A stretch of DNA of 64,000 bases from Pasteurellaceae bacterium Orientalotternb1. GTDB lineage: Bacteria > Pseudomonadota > Gammaproteobacteria > Enterobacterales > Pasteurellaceae. The DNA lies in assembly GCA_011455275.1 (NCBI GenBank), contig CP015028.1, forward strand, positions 592,911-656,910, read 5' to 3'. Position numbers and translations under genes: made by a program. Each line of letters begins with the position of its first letter. Position 1 is the first letter of the stretch. Under the pieces are notes generated by a model. It saw nothing but the letters and a program-made list of their open reading frames with translations, searched no databases and had not been told where the DNA came from. Of the stretch, positions 22,107-31,286 are shown one piece after another.

Positions 22107-23663
22107 ATGTTATCCATGACCCAACTAACACTCTCGCCCGCTCAAGTTTGGAGCAAAAGAGCTTTTGTGGGGCTGCTCTATTTTATTTCGTTTTATCTTG
22201 TTTTCACTATTTATCTGCAAGGTGAAATTCTTTTCGCATTGTTAGCGTTGGTTGTAGTGACGTCGGGTATTTATATTTTTAGCAATCAAAAAACTTACCG
22301 CTGGCGTTATCTCTACCCAGGTGTTGCTGCAATTGGCATTTTTGTAGTGTTTCCATTACTTTGTACGGTAGTGATTGCCTTTACCAATTACAGCGGTACG
22401 AACCAATTAAGCTATGAACAGGTGCTTAAACAGCTGCAAAGCCAACGTTATTCTGCAGGTGAGAAGTTTGAGTTCAAACTGTTTGATGCAGGTAATGGGC
22501 AATACCAATTAGCATTTAGTAATCCAAAATCACAAAAAAATTACCTTTCTGAACCGCTTGCAGTAGAAAATTTGGCAGGTGATGTGGCGGTGAAAGAGAG
22601 TGAATCTCTGCCAACTTCTGCGGTTGCACCACTAAAAGTGATTACCCAGAACCGTACCAAATTACAAGGCATTACCGTTGGGTTGCCAACGGGCGAAAGC
22701 TTATCAATGAGTGGGTTACGACAGTTTGCGGAACTCAAACCACGCTATAAATTTGAAGATAGCCTAGAAGAACTCACCAATATGGAAACGGGCAAAGTTT
22801 ACCGCCCGAATAATGATATCGGCTTCTTCCAAGAGATTGATTCTCAAGGTAATTTTGTTGGTGAACGTTTAGAGCCTGGTTATACCGTGGTGACTGGCTG
22901 GCAAAATTTTGTGAAAATCGTAACTAATAAAGGTGTGCAGGGGCCGTTCATTAAAATCTTTATCTGGACGGTGACATTCGCCTTTTTAACGGTGATTTTC
23001 ACTACGCTACTTGGTATGATTTTTGCCTCCTTAGTGCAATGGGAACCGTTGAAAGGCAAAGCCACTTACCGCTTGTTACTGATTTTGCCGTATGCTGTTC
23101 CTGGCTTTATCTCTATTTTGGTATTCAAAGGTTTGTTCAACCAAAGTTTCGGGGAAATCAACCTAATCTTAAATAACTTGTTTGGTATCCGTCCTGAGTG
23201 GTTTAACGATCCGACCTTAGCGAAAATGATGTTGTTGATTGTTAATACGTGGTTGGGATATCCGTATATGATGATCGTTTGTATGGGCTTGCTCAAGGCA
23301 ATTCCACAAGACTTATATGAAGCTTCGGCGATTGACGGTGCGACCGTTTGGCAAAACTTCACCCGCATTACAATGCCATTATTGATTAAACCATTAATGC
23401 CGTTGATGATCGCCAGTTTCGCCTTTAACTTTAACAATTTCGTATTGATTCAATTATTAACCGTGGGTGGACCGAATATGGTTGGCACCACTACACCAGC
23501 AGGACATACTGACTTGTTAGTGAGCTATACCTACCGCATTGCCTTTGAAGGTAGCGGTACTCAAGATTTCGGCTTAGCCGCAGCGATTTCAGTGATTATC
23601 TTCTTACTGGTCAGTGCGTTAGCCTTGTTCCAAATCCGTTTGACGAAGTTGTCGAATGAGTAA
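22107..23663 (+). CDS. malF: Maltose ABC transporter permease MalF
   Basis: 518 aa from the ATG at 22107. Has the large periplasmic P2 loop and the EAA motif region (EASAIDGATVWQNFTRITMPLL). Confidence 0.9.
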   Translation: MLSMTQLTLSPAQVWSKRAFVGLLYFISFYLVFTIYLQGEILFALLALVVVTSGIYIFSNQKTYRWRYLYPGVAAIGIFVVFPLLCTVVIAFTNYSGTNQLSYEQVLKQLQSQRYSAGEKFEFKLFDAGNGQYQLAFSNPKSQKNYLSEPLAVENLAGDVAVKESESLPTSAVAPLKVITQNRTKLQGITVGLPTGESLSMSGLRQFAELKPRYKFEDSLEELTNMETGKVYRPNNDIGFFQEIDSQGNFVGERLEPGYTVVTGWQNFVKIVTNKGVQGPFIKIFIWTVTFAFLTVIFTTLLGMIFASLVQWEPLKGKATYRLLLILPYAVPGFISILVFKGLFNQSFGEINLILNNLFGIRPEWFNDPTLAKMMLLIVNTWLGYPYMMIVCMGLLKAIPQDLYEASAIDGATVWQNFTRITMPLLIKPLMPLMIASFAFNFNNFVLIQLLTVGGPNMVGTTTPAGHTDLLVSYTYRIAFEGSGTQDFGLAAAISVIIFLLVSALALFQIRLTKLSNE

Positions 23664-23673
23664 TTAGATCATA

Positions 23674-23806
23674 ATTCTGCCCCCGCTTTGCGGAGAAGTA
23701 CCTTGCGAAGCAGGAGGCAGACAAGCGGTCAGATTAAAGTAAAATTTTACAAATGCCCCCTTCGGCTCGTTTCACTCGCCACTTCCCCCGCAAGCGGGGG
23801 CAGAAT
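23674..23806. repeat. MITE-like element family A copy 2 (malF|malG intergenic)
   Basis: ATTCTGCCCCCGCTTTGCGGAGAAGTACC ... GACAAGCGGTCAGATTAAAGTAAAATTTTACAAA ... CCACTTCCCCCGCAAGCGGGGGCAGAAT. Confidence 0.7.
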
Positions 23807-23826
23807 GAAATAAAAAGGATACTACT

Positions 23827-24716
23827 ATGGCAATTGTCCAACCCAAATCAATGAAAGTGCGGTTATTTGCCACCCACTTTTTTCTTATCACCTTTTGTGT
23901 GTTGATTATGTTCCCATTATTTATGATTTTGGGTATTTCCCTTCGCCCTGGGAACTTAGCCTTAGGGGAACTGATCCCTAGCCAAATTTCCTTTGAACAC
24001 TGGAAATTAGCTCTCGGTTTTAGCGTCACCAACCCTGACGGTACTGTGACCCCCCACCATTTCCTGTTTTATTATGGCTGTGGAATTCAGTAAAAGTAGC
24101 AGGTATCACTGCGTCGATTATTCTAGTTTTATCCACTACAGCCGCCTACGCTTTTGCTCGTTTCCGTTTTGCGGGCAAAAAAGTGTTAATGCAGAGTATG
24201 TTGATTTTCCAAATGTTCCCTGCGGTACTTTCCTTAGTGGCGTTATATGCGTTGTTTGACCGCTTGAGCGATTATATTCCGTTCTTGGGCTTAAATACTC
24301 ACGGCGGTGTGATTTTCGCTTACTTGGGAGGGATTGCTATGCACGTTTGGACGATCAAAGGTTATTTTGAGACGATCGACAACTCTCTTGAAGAAGCAGC
24401 AGCCCTAGACGGTGCAACCCCGTGGCAGACTTTCCGTTTGATTTTATTACCACTTTCCGTACCGATTTTGGCGGTAGTGTTTATTCTTGCTTTCATCGCC
24501 GCTATCATCGAAGTGCCAGTCGCATCGCTCTTATTGCGTGATGTGGATAACTACACCCTAGCCGTGGGAATGCAGCAATATCTCCACCCACAAAACTACC
24601 TGTGGGGTGACTTCGCTGCCGCTGCGATTCTTTCTGCAATCCCAATCACCGTAGTGTTTATCATCGCACAACGCTGGCTAGTTGGCGGTTTAACCGCTGG
24701 TGGGGTGAAGGGCTAA
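23827..24716 (+). pseudogene. malG: malG (maltose ABC permease) interrupted by a -1 frameshift in a C6 tract
   Basis: N-terminal 74 codons match MalG ([14 protein letters not shown]...DGTVTP). The frame is lost at CCCCCC (24050-24055), where an in-frame MalG needs C7 ([12 protein letters not shown]). The remainder of MalG (…[41 protein letters not shown]… to GGVKG) continues in the -1 frame to 24716. Confidence 0.7.
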
Positions 24717-24724
24717 AAGAACAG

Positions 24725-24862
24725 ATTCTGCCCCCGCTTTGCGGGGGAAGTACCTTGCGAAGCAAGGGATTGGGGGAGCAAGCGGTCAGATTAAAGTAAA
24801 ATTTTACAAATGCCCCCTTCGGCTCGTTTCACTCGCCACCCCCCCGCAAGCGGGGGCAGAAT
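24725..24862. repeat. MITE-like element family A copy 3 (malG|malQ intergenic)
   Basis: Near-identical to copy 2, including the internal extended USS. Confidence 0.7.
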
Positions 24863-24901
24863 TAAACTATTTTGTATTAAATCATATAAAGAGCAGTAAC
24901 A

Positions 24902-26893
24902 ATGAACCAACAACACCCATTTATCAATCCCTACTTTATTGATGAACACGGCGAGAAAGTTCGCCCAGAGCCTGAAGTTTATGCCAAAATCGCAGAGCTA
25001 TTAGGTGAGCCGAAAGCAGTTGGCGTTTTACCGCCAGTAAAAGTCGCACAACAAGGCGAAGCGGTGGCGTTCACCTTGCCAAAAAACAGCACAAAAAGCT
25101 GGCAGCTTACCCTTGAAAAAGGTCAAGTTTTAACAGGGAAATGCAAAAAAGATCAGCTTACATTGCCATCGGATTTACCCCTTGGCTACCACCAACTCAA
25201 TTTTGACGGTGCGGTTTGCCGTGTGATTATCACCCCTGAAACCGCTTTCCAACCTGTTGAATTACAACAGAAAAAGAAATTATGGGGATCGATTTTACAG
25301 CTTTACACCCTACGTTCTGAGCAAAACTGGGGGATCGGTGATTTCGGTGATTTGCAACAATTCTTAGTTAAACTGGCGGAAAAAGGCGGTGATTTTGTTG
25401 GTTTAAACCCAATTCACTCCCTTTTTCCAGCTAATCCTGAAGGGGCAAGCCCGTATAGCCCGTCTTCTCGTTTATGGCAAAACATCATCTACATCAACGT
25501 GCCAGCTATTGACGCTTTCCGCCAAAGTGCTGAAGCAACAGCGTGGTTCTATTCCGATGCGATCCAGCAACAGCTAAAAGACGCTCGCCAAAAAGATTAT
25601 GTCGATTATTCGCAGGTGATGTGGCTGAAATTAGCGGGCTTACGCTTTGCTTATAAACAGTTCAAATTGCAAGATCAAACCGCTTTCGAGCAATTTATCG
25701 CCGAAAATGGCGAATCGCTCAAGGTGCAGGCGACTTTTGATGCCTTGCACGAATGGCTTTCTTCCCAATTTACTGATCAATATGGTTGGTCTTCGTGGGA
25801 AGCAAAATTCCAAGATTATCAGACCGCTTGTGTTGCTGAATTCCAAAATGATCAAGCAGAATTAGTTCGCTTCCATATGTGGCTACAATTTGTCGCACAG
25901 CAACAGCTCAAAACCTGTAATGAACTGGCGAAACAGCTACAAATGCCAATCGGTTTCTACCGCGATTTAGCCGTTGGCGTGGCAGATAACGGGGCAGAAA
26001 CTTGGGCGGACAAAGAGCTTTATGTGCTCGGGGCATCGGTGGGGGCACCGCCAGATATTTTGGCTCCACAAGGACAGAACTGGGGCTTGTCGCCAATGCA
26101 CCCTGAAGTGCTTGCTGAGCGTGGCTATCAGCCGTTTATCGACTTATTGCGTGCCAATATGAAAGATTGTGGGGCGTTGCGTATCGACCATATTCTTGGC
26201 TTTGCGAGAATGTGGTGGGTGCCAAAAGGCGACTCGGCGAAAAATGGTGTGTATGTGAAATATCCGTTGGAAGATTTGCTTTCGATCTTGGCATTAGAAA
26301 GCCAACGCCATCAATGTTTGATCATCGCCGAAGCTCTCGGAACCGTGCCAGATGGAATGTTGGAATCCCTTGAAAGCAAAGGCATTTTAGCCTACAACAT
26401 TTTCTATTTTGAGTATGAAGAGGGCGAAAGCAAACCGCTAGCGAACTACCCATACCAAGCGATGACCACCCTTAGCACCCACGATTTACCCACGGTGCAA
26501 GGCTACTGGAAAACCTACGATTTTGAGTTAGGGCAGCGTTTTGATGTCTATCCAAACCCTGAAGTGCTTGAACAGCTCTACAAAACTCGCCACGAAAACA
26601 AACTGAAAATTCGTGCAGCGGTGGAAGCGGTACAAGAACTGGAGCCAGATTATTATGGCATTACCCAAAACTTCAATCACCAGCTACAAAGCTATGTGGC
26701 AGACACCAACAGTGTGCTATTTGGTACACAACCAGAGGATTGGCTAAATATGTTGGAACCAGTGAATATCCCTGGCACTAGCACCGAATATCCAAACTGG
26801 CGACGTAAACTCAGCCGTACCGTCAGTGACATTTTTGCCGACGAATCGGTACAAAAATTGCTTGAAACAATTGAGCAAAAACGCAATCCGTAA
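24902..26893 (+). CDS. malQ: 4-alpha-glucanotransferase (amylomaltase)
   Basis: 663 aa, GH77 family, with conserved regions including IDHILGFARMWWVP. Confidence 0.9.
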   Translation: MNQQHPFINPYFIDEHGEKVRPEPEVYAKIAELLGEPKAVGVLPPVKVAQQGEAVAFTLPKNSTKSWQLTLEKGQVLTGKCKKDQLTLPSDLPLGYHQLNFDGAVCRVIITPETAFQPVELQQKKKLWGSILQLYTLRSEQNWGIGDFGDLQQFLVKLAEKGGDFVGLNPIHSLFPANPEGASPYSPSSRLWQNIIYINVPAIDAFRQSAEATAWFYSDAIQQQLKDARQKDYVDYSQVMWLKLAGLRFAYKQFKLQDQTAFEQFIAENGESLKVQATFDALHEWLSSQFTDQYGWSSWEAKFQDYQTACVAEFQNDQAELVRFHMWLQFVAQQQLKTCNELAKQLQMPIGFYRDLAVGVADNGAETWADKELYVLGASVGAPPDILAPQGQNWGLSPMHPEVLAERGYQPFIDLLRANMKDCGALRIDHILGFARMWWVPKGDSAKNGVYVKYPLEDLLSILALESQRHQCLIIAEALGTVPDGMLESLESKGILAYNIFYFEYEEGESKPLANYPYQAMTTLSTHDLPTVQGYWKTYDFELGQRFDVYPNPEVLEQLYKTRHENKLKIRAAVEAVQELEPDYYGITQNFNHQLQSYVADTNSVLFGTQPEDWLNMLEPVNIPGTSTEYPNWRRKLSRTVSDIFADESVQKLLETIEQKRNP

Positions 26894-26902
26894 ATGTAAA
26901 AA

Positions 26903-26929
26903 ACCGCACTGATGTGCGGTTTTTTGTGT
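26903..26929. terminator. Bidirectional terminator between convergent malQ and accC
   Basis: aaaaaccgcac-tgat-gtgcggtttttt. Confidence 0.6.
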
Positions 26930-26932
26930 CTA

Positions 26933-28276
26933 TTATTTCAATCCTAATTTTTTCTCGAGATAGTGGATATTGGTGCCACCTGCTCGGAAGTTTTCATCGG
27001 AGAGAATTTGTTGATGAAGTGGAATATTGGTTTTGATACCTTCTACAATCGTTTCGCTTAAGGCATTTTCCATACGGCGAATCGCAATTTCACGCGTTTC
27101 CCCGTAAGTGATGAGTTTCGCAATCATTGAATCGTAGTGTGGCGGAACGGCATAACCTGAATAAATATGCGAATCCCAACGCACGCCTAAACCACCTGGA
27201 ACGTGCAAGCGTCCGATTTTGCCTGGTGAAGGTAAGAAAGTTTTGGAATCTTCTGCGTTGATACGGCACTCAATAGCGTGTCCACGCACTTTGATGTCTT
27301 CTTGCTTAATCGACAGCGGTAAACCAGCGGCAATACGCAACTGTTCTTTCACCAAATCTACGCCAGTGATCATTTCAGTCACAGGGTGTTCCACTTGGAT
27401 ACGGGTGTTCATTTCAATGAAATAAAATTCACCGTTTTCGTATAAAAATTCAAAAGTACCTGCACCACGATAACCGATTTCGATACACGCATTGGCACAA
27501 CGTTCGCCGATGGATTTACGCAATTCATCGCTAATACCTGGTGCTGGGGCTTCTTCCACCACTTTTTGGTGGCGACGTTGCATTGAGCAATCACGCTCCG
27601 CTAAGTAAACCGCATTACCGTGCGTATCCGCAAGCACTTGGATTTCGATATGGCGTGGGTTTTCAAGGTATTTTTCCATATACACCATATCGTTATTGAA
27701 TGCCGCTTTCGCTTCCGCTTTGGTCATTGCGATTGATTCTTCCAAATCTTTCTCCTGATGAACCACACGCATTCCACGACCGCCGCCGCCGCCAGATGCT
27801 TTGATAATCACTGGGTAGCCGATTTTCTTTGCGATCTCTTTATTTTTTGCCACATCGTTACCGACTGGGCCATCTGAACCTGGTACGCACGGTACACCCG
27901 CTTTTTTCATTGCAGTGATCGCCGAGACTTTATCACCCATTAAGCGAATCACATCGGCAGTTGGACCGATAAAGACTAAGCCTGACGCTTCCACTTGCTC
28001 CGCAAAATTGGCATTTTCAGATAAAAATCCGTAACCTGGGTGAATAGCGTCCGCTCCCGTCACTTCTGCCGCAGCAATAATCGCTGGAATGTTTAAGTAG
28101 CTTTTGGTAGATGGGGCAGGACCGATACAGATGGTTTCGTCAGAGAGAAGAACGTGTTTAAGTTCACGGTCTGCGGTTGAGTGTACCGCAACGGTTTTGA
28201 TGCCGAGTTCTTTACAGGCACGCAGAATGCGTAATGCAATTTCGCCACGATTGGCAATGACAACTTTTTCTAACAT
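26933..28276 (-). CDS. accC: Acetyl-CoA carboxylase biotin carboxylase subunit
   Basis: 447 aa. [33 protein letters not shown] and ATP-grasp motifs. Confidence 0.95.
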   Translation of the reverse strand: MLEKVVIANRGEIALRILRACKELGIKTVAVHSTADRELKHVLLSDETICIGPAPSTKSYLNIPAIIAAAEVTGADAIHPGYGFLSENANFAEQVEASGLVFIGPTADVIRLMGDKVSAITAMKKAGVPCVPGSDGPVGNDVAKNKEIAKKIGYPVIIKASGGGGGRGMRVVHQEKDLEESIAMTKAEAKAAFNNDMVYMEKYLENPRHIEIQVLADTHGNAVYLAERDCSMQRRHQKVVEEAPAPGISDELRKSIGERCANACIEIGYRGAGTFEFLYENGEFYFIEMNTRIQVEHPVTEMITGVDLVKEQLRIAAGLPLSIKQEDIKVRGHAIECRINAEDSKTFLPSPGKIGRLHVPGGLGVRWDSHIYSGYAVPPHYDSMIAKLITYGETREIAIRRMENALSETIVEGIKTNIPLHQQILSDENFRAGGTNIHYLEKKLGLK

Positions 28277-28295
28277 GAGTTTGTCCTTTGGTGAG

Positions 28296-28366
28296 ACAAG
28301 CGGTCAGATTTTAGAAAAATTTTGCAAATCAGATTTGCAAAACTTTTTGAGAATCTCACCGCTTGT
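28296..28366. repeat. Inverted USS pair hairpin inside the accB-accC intercistronic gap
   Basis: ACAAGCGGTCAGATTTTAGAAAAATTTTGCAAATCAGATTTGCAAAACTTTTTGAGAATCTCACCGCTTGT, within the 98-bp gap between accB and accC. Confidence 0.5.
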
Positions 28367-28374
28367 AGAAGAAA

Positions 28375-28839
28375 TTATTCGATGATGAAGAGTTTTTGGT
28401 CAAATTCAACGGCTTCGCCGTCATTAACTAAAATGGCTTTAATTACGCCAGCTTTGTCTGACTCGATACGGTTCATCATTTTCATTGCTTCCACGATGCA
28501 AAGTGTATCGCCTACTTTTACTGTTTTACCCACTTCAACAAATGGTGGAGCATCTGGGCTTGGACTGCGGTAGAAAGTTCCCACCATCGGTGAAAGCACA
28601 GCGTGACCGCTTACGTCTGCAGTTGCGGCTGGGGCAGGTGTGGCTGCTGGTGCTGGTGTTGCAACAGGAGCTGGTGCCACTGGGGCCTGTGGTGCTGCAA
28701 CATATTGCACTGCAGCAGGAGTAGCAACAGGTGCCGCACGACTAATGCGAACTGTACCTTCTTCTTCAGAAACTTCTAATTCGGTGATGCCTGATTCTTC
28801 AACAAGCTCGATAAGTTTTTTGATTTTGCGAATATCCAT
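28375..28839 (-). CDS. accB: Acetyl-CoA carboxylase biotin carboxyl carrier protein
   Basis: 154 aa with an Ala/Pro-rich linker and the biotinylation motif EAMKMMN. Confidence 0.9.
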   Translation of the reverse strand: MDIRKIKKLIELVEESGITELEVSEEEGTVRISRAAPVATPAAVQYVAAPQAPVAPAPVATPAPAATPAPAATADVSGHAVLSPMVGTFYRSPSPDAPPFVEVGKTVKVGDTLCIVEAMKMMNRIESDKAGVIKAILVNDGEAVEFDQKLFIIE

Positions 28840-28992
28840 AGTGAGATCCGTTTTAAATGTGAATAGAATAACGACAATGCCCGAATAAAACAGGGCAAAA
28901 AAACTGGTGCGTAGATTACCTGAATTTCGTCAAATTTGCGATGAAAATCTTACAAAATTGGCGAAAATCGCTTGGTTTTAGCACTGATCCAA

Positions 28993-29442
28993 TCAGTTTG
29001 CTTGGCGGTTTTTAAGAAAATGGATAGCGTAATCTAACGCATAATCGTAGCCTTTTGCTCCTAAGCCGCAGATCACTCCTTTGGCGATGTCGCTTAAATA
29101 GGAATGGTGGCGAAACGGTTCGCGGCTGTGTACATTCGACAAGTGAACTTCAACAAATGGAATTGCTACTGCCAACAACGCATCTCGCAATGCGACACTA
29201 GTGTGGGTGAATGCAGCAGGGTTGATGATGATAAAATCGGTATTTTGAAAGGCTTGGTGAATGCGTTCAATCAAAGGTTGTTCACCATTCGCTTGAAAAT
29301 ACGCTAGCTGAAAACCTTGTGCTGTGGCTTGTTGTTGCAGATGTTGTTCAATATCCGCCAAGGTTTGCGAGCCATAAATATGTGGTTCACGTTTGCCCAA
29401 CATATTCAGATTGGGGCCGTTTAGAAGTAGGATTTTTTTCAT
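28993..29442 (-). CDS. aroQ: 3-dehydroquinate dehydratase type II
   Basis: 149 aa. [24 protein letters not shown] is typical of AroQ, and the gene sits upstream of accBC as in many bacteria. Confidence 0.9.
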   Translation of the reverse strand: MKKILLLNGPNLNMLGKREPHIYGSQTLADIEQHLQQQATAQGFQLAYFQANGEQPLIERIHQAFQNTDFIIINPAAFTHTSVALRDALLAVAIPFVEVHLSNVHSREPFRHHSYLSDIAKGVICGLGAKGYDYALDYAIHFLKNRQAN

Positions 29443-29497
29443 TTTGATGCCTTAGCTTACGTTACAAGCGGTCACTTTTTTCGAATTTTTTGCAAAT

Positions 29498-29839
29498 TTA
29501 TAATAATTCCTTCACCAACTCAGGTGGTCTGCAAAATTTTGTGCCTTTTTGACCGCTTGCGAAGGGGCGGTTGAGTAGCCGTGGGTGAGCTGCCATCAAG
29601 GCGATGATTTCGTTGTCGCTCAAAGCTTTGCCGGCAATAAATTGTTGATATTCTTCAACATCGGTGCGTAACGCTTGTGCGAGGCTCACGCCGCTTTCAG
29701 TGATCAATTTCGCAATCAATTCAGCCGAAAGAGGCGTTACTAAATATTCGATAATCGTTGGTTCAACGCCCGATTCACGCAGAATAGCTAAGGTTTCTCG
29801 AGATTTGCTGCATTTTGGGTTGTGGTAAAGGGTAATCAT
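29498..29839 (-). CDS. ArsC/Spx-family thioredoxin-fold protein (arsenate reductase-like, YffB/ArsC type)
   Basis: 113 aa with the N-terminal YHNPKCSKSR catalytic Cys motif. The C-terminus NRPFASGQKGTKFCRPPELV aligns with the ArsC tail. Confidence 0.75.
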   Translation of the reverse strand: MITLYHNPKCSKSRETLAILRESGVEPTIIEYLVTPLSAELIAKLITESGVSLAQALRTDVEEYQQFIAGKALSDNEIIALMAAHPRLLNRPFASGQKGTKFCRPPELVKELL

Positions 29840-31140
29840 AAGCCTTCCTGTGGGAGATCTTTACGCAACGACACCATTAGCTGATCGATTTTCAGATTTT
29901 CGGTGTCGATAATTTCAAATTTATAGCGGTCATATAACACAAAATCGGTTTTTTTCGGGATTTTGCGTAGCATATACATCATAAAACCGCCGATAGTTTC
30001 GTAGTTTTCTTGGTTAGGAAATTCGATAATATCCAATGCTCGCATTACGTCTTCCAGCGGTGTGGAGCCATCAATCAGCCACGAATCTTGGTCACGGCGG
30101 ACAATCTGTTCTTCTTCGTTAGATACCAACTCACCCATCACAATGCTCATCACATCATTGAGCGTTACAATGCCGACCACCAACGCATATTCATTGATAA
30201 TCACCGCAAAATCTTCACCCGACGACTTAAACAGCTCCAACACTTCATACAACGAAAGGGTATCAGGAATGTACAACGCCTTGCGTAACACACGATTGTC
30301 GGTGAGCGAGACTTTTTCTTCCTGCAAAAAGAGTGTCAGCAAGGTGTGCGATTCCACATAGCCGATGATTTTATCGATGCTGCCGTCCGAAATCAGCAAT
30401 TTTGAGTGTGAATTTTGTTGTAAGGTTTCGAAAATTTGCTGACGGGTGAAGGATTTATCCAAAAATACAATATTTTCACGGGTAGTCATTGTCGACGTGA
30501 CGGTACGTTGCTGCATATCAAGAATGTTTTCGATCAGATAATGTTCTTGAGTTTTCAGCACGCCTGCTTCCGCCCCCGCATCTACCATTGCGATAATATC
30601 TTCAGGGGTCATATTGTCTTGGCGAACGGTGGAAATGCGGAACAGGCGAAACAGTCCGTTGGCGATCGCATCAAACAGCAACACGAACGGTTTGAACAGC
30701 AAAATGGTTAAGCTCATCACACCGACTAATTTCAATGCCACTTTTTCAGGATTTGCCATCGCCAACCGCTTGGGCATTAAATCCGCCAGTAAAATAAAGG
30801 AAATCGTCACCAACGCAAATGACAACCACGACGCTGCACTCTCTAACCATTCTGCTTGACTATATTTGGCAAGGAATTGATGTACATAAGGCGTGATCGA
30901 TCCTTCGCCAATCATACCACCTAGAATCGCTACCATATTCAGCCCAATTTGCACCACGGTAATAAATTGTCCTGGTTGTTCCTGCAATTCCAATACTTTT
31001 TGGGCTTTTTGATCGCCCTCGTTGGCTAAATTTTGCAATTTGAGCTTTCTCGCTCCAGCCAACGAAATTTCCGCCGATGAAATTACCGCACTGACTACAA
31101 TCAGCACGCCAATAATCAAGATCGATTCAAATAATCCCAT
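29836..31140 (-). CDS. CNNM/TlyC-family membrane protein (DUF21 + CBS pair + CorC_HlyC domains)
   Basis: 434 aa with 4 N-terminal TM helices and tandem CBS domains. Overlaps the arsC-like gene by 4 bp. Confidence 0.8.
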   Translation of the reverse strand: MGLFESILIIGVLIVVSAVISSAEISLAGARKLKLQNLANEGDQKAQKVLELQEQPGQFITVVQIGLNMVAILGGMIGEGSITPYVHQFLAKYSQAEWLESAASWLSFALVTISFILLADLMPKRLAMANPEKVALKLVGVMSLTILLFKPFVLLFDAIANGLFRLFRISTVRQDNMTPEDIIAMVDAGAEAGVLKTQEHYLIENILDMQQRTVTSTMTTRENIVFLDKSFTRQQIFETLQQNSHSKLLISDGSIDKIIGYVESHTLLTLFLQEEKVSLTDNRVLRKALYIPDTLSLYEVLELFKSSGEDFAVIINEYALVVGIVTLNDVMSIVMGELVSNEEEQIVRRDQDSWLIDGSTPLEDVMRALDIIEFPNQENYETIGGFMMYMLRKIPKKTDFVLYDRYKFEIIDTENLKIDQLMVSLRKDLPQEGL

Positions 31141-31286
31141 TTTTACCTTAATGTTGCCCGAAAATACGAAAAATTGCGGTGATTATAACAAAGGCAGAAT
31201 GAGACGCAAAAATTTGCAAAATTTTTGTAAAAAGTGACCGCTTGTTTGCTAAAATTGCACGGTCTATTTTATATAAGGAGCAAAAA

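Noticed and set aside
21898-24862. Possibility that the recurring ATTCTGCCCCCGC… repeats represent a CRISPR array
   Set aside because: The repeats are palindromic TIR pairs kilobases apart with genes between them. They show no short regular spacing, no direct-repeat/spacer organisation and no cas genes.
29540-29560. USS + AAAATTTTGCA motif at the 3' end of the arsC-family gene, initially suspected to be a USS-pair cassette that had inserted and donated the C-terminal tail
   Set aside because: The encoded tail NRPFASGQKGTKFCRPPELV aligns with the conserved ArsC/YffB C-terminus (…NRP…G(T)…CRP(S/P)E…). The USS therefore evolved within pre-existing codons rather than being an insertion.
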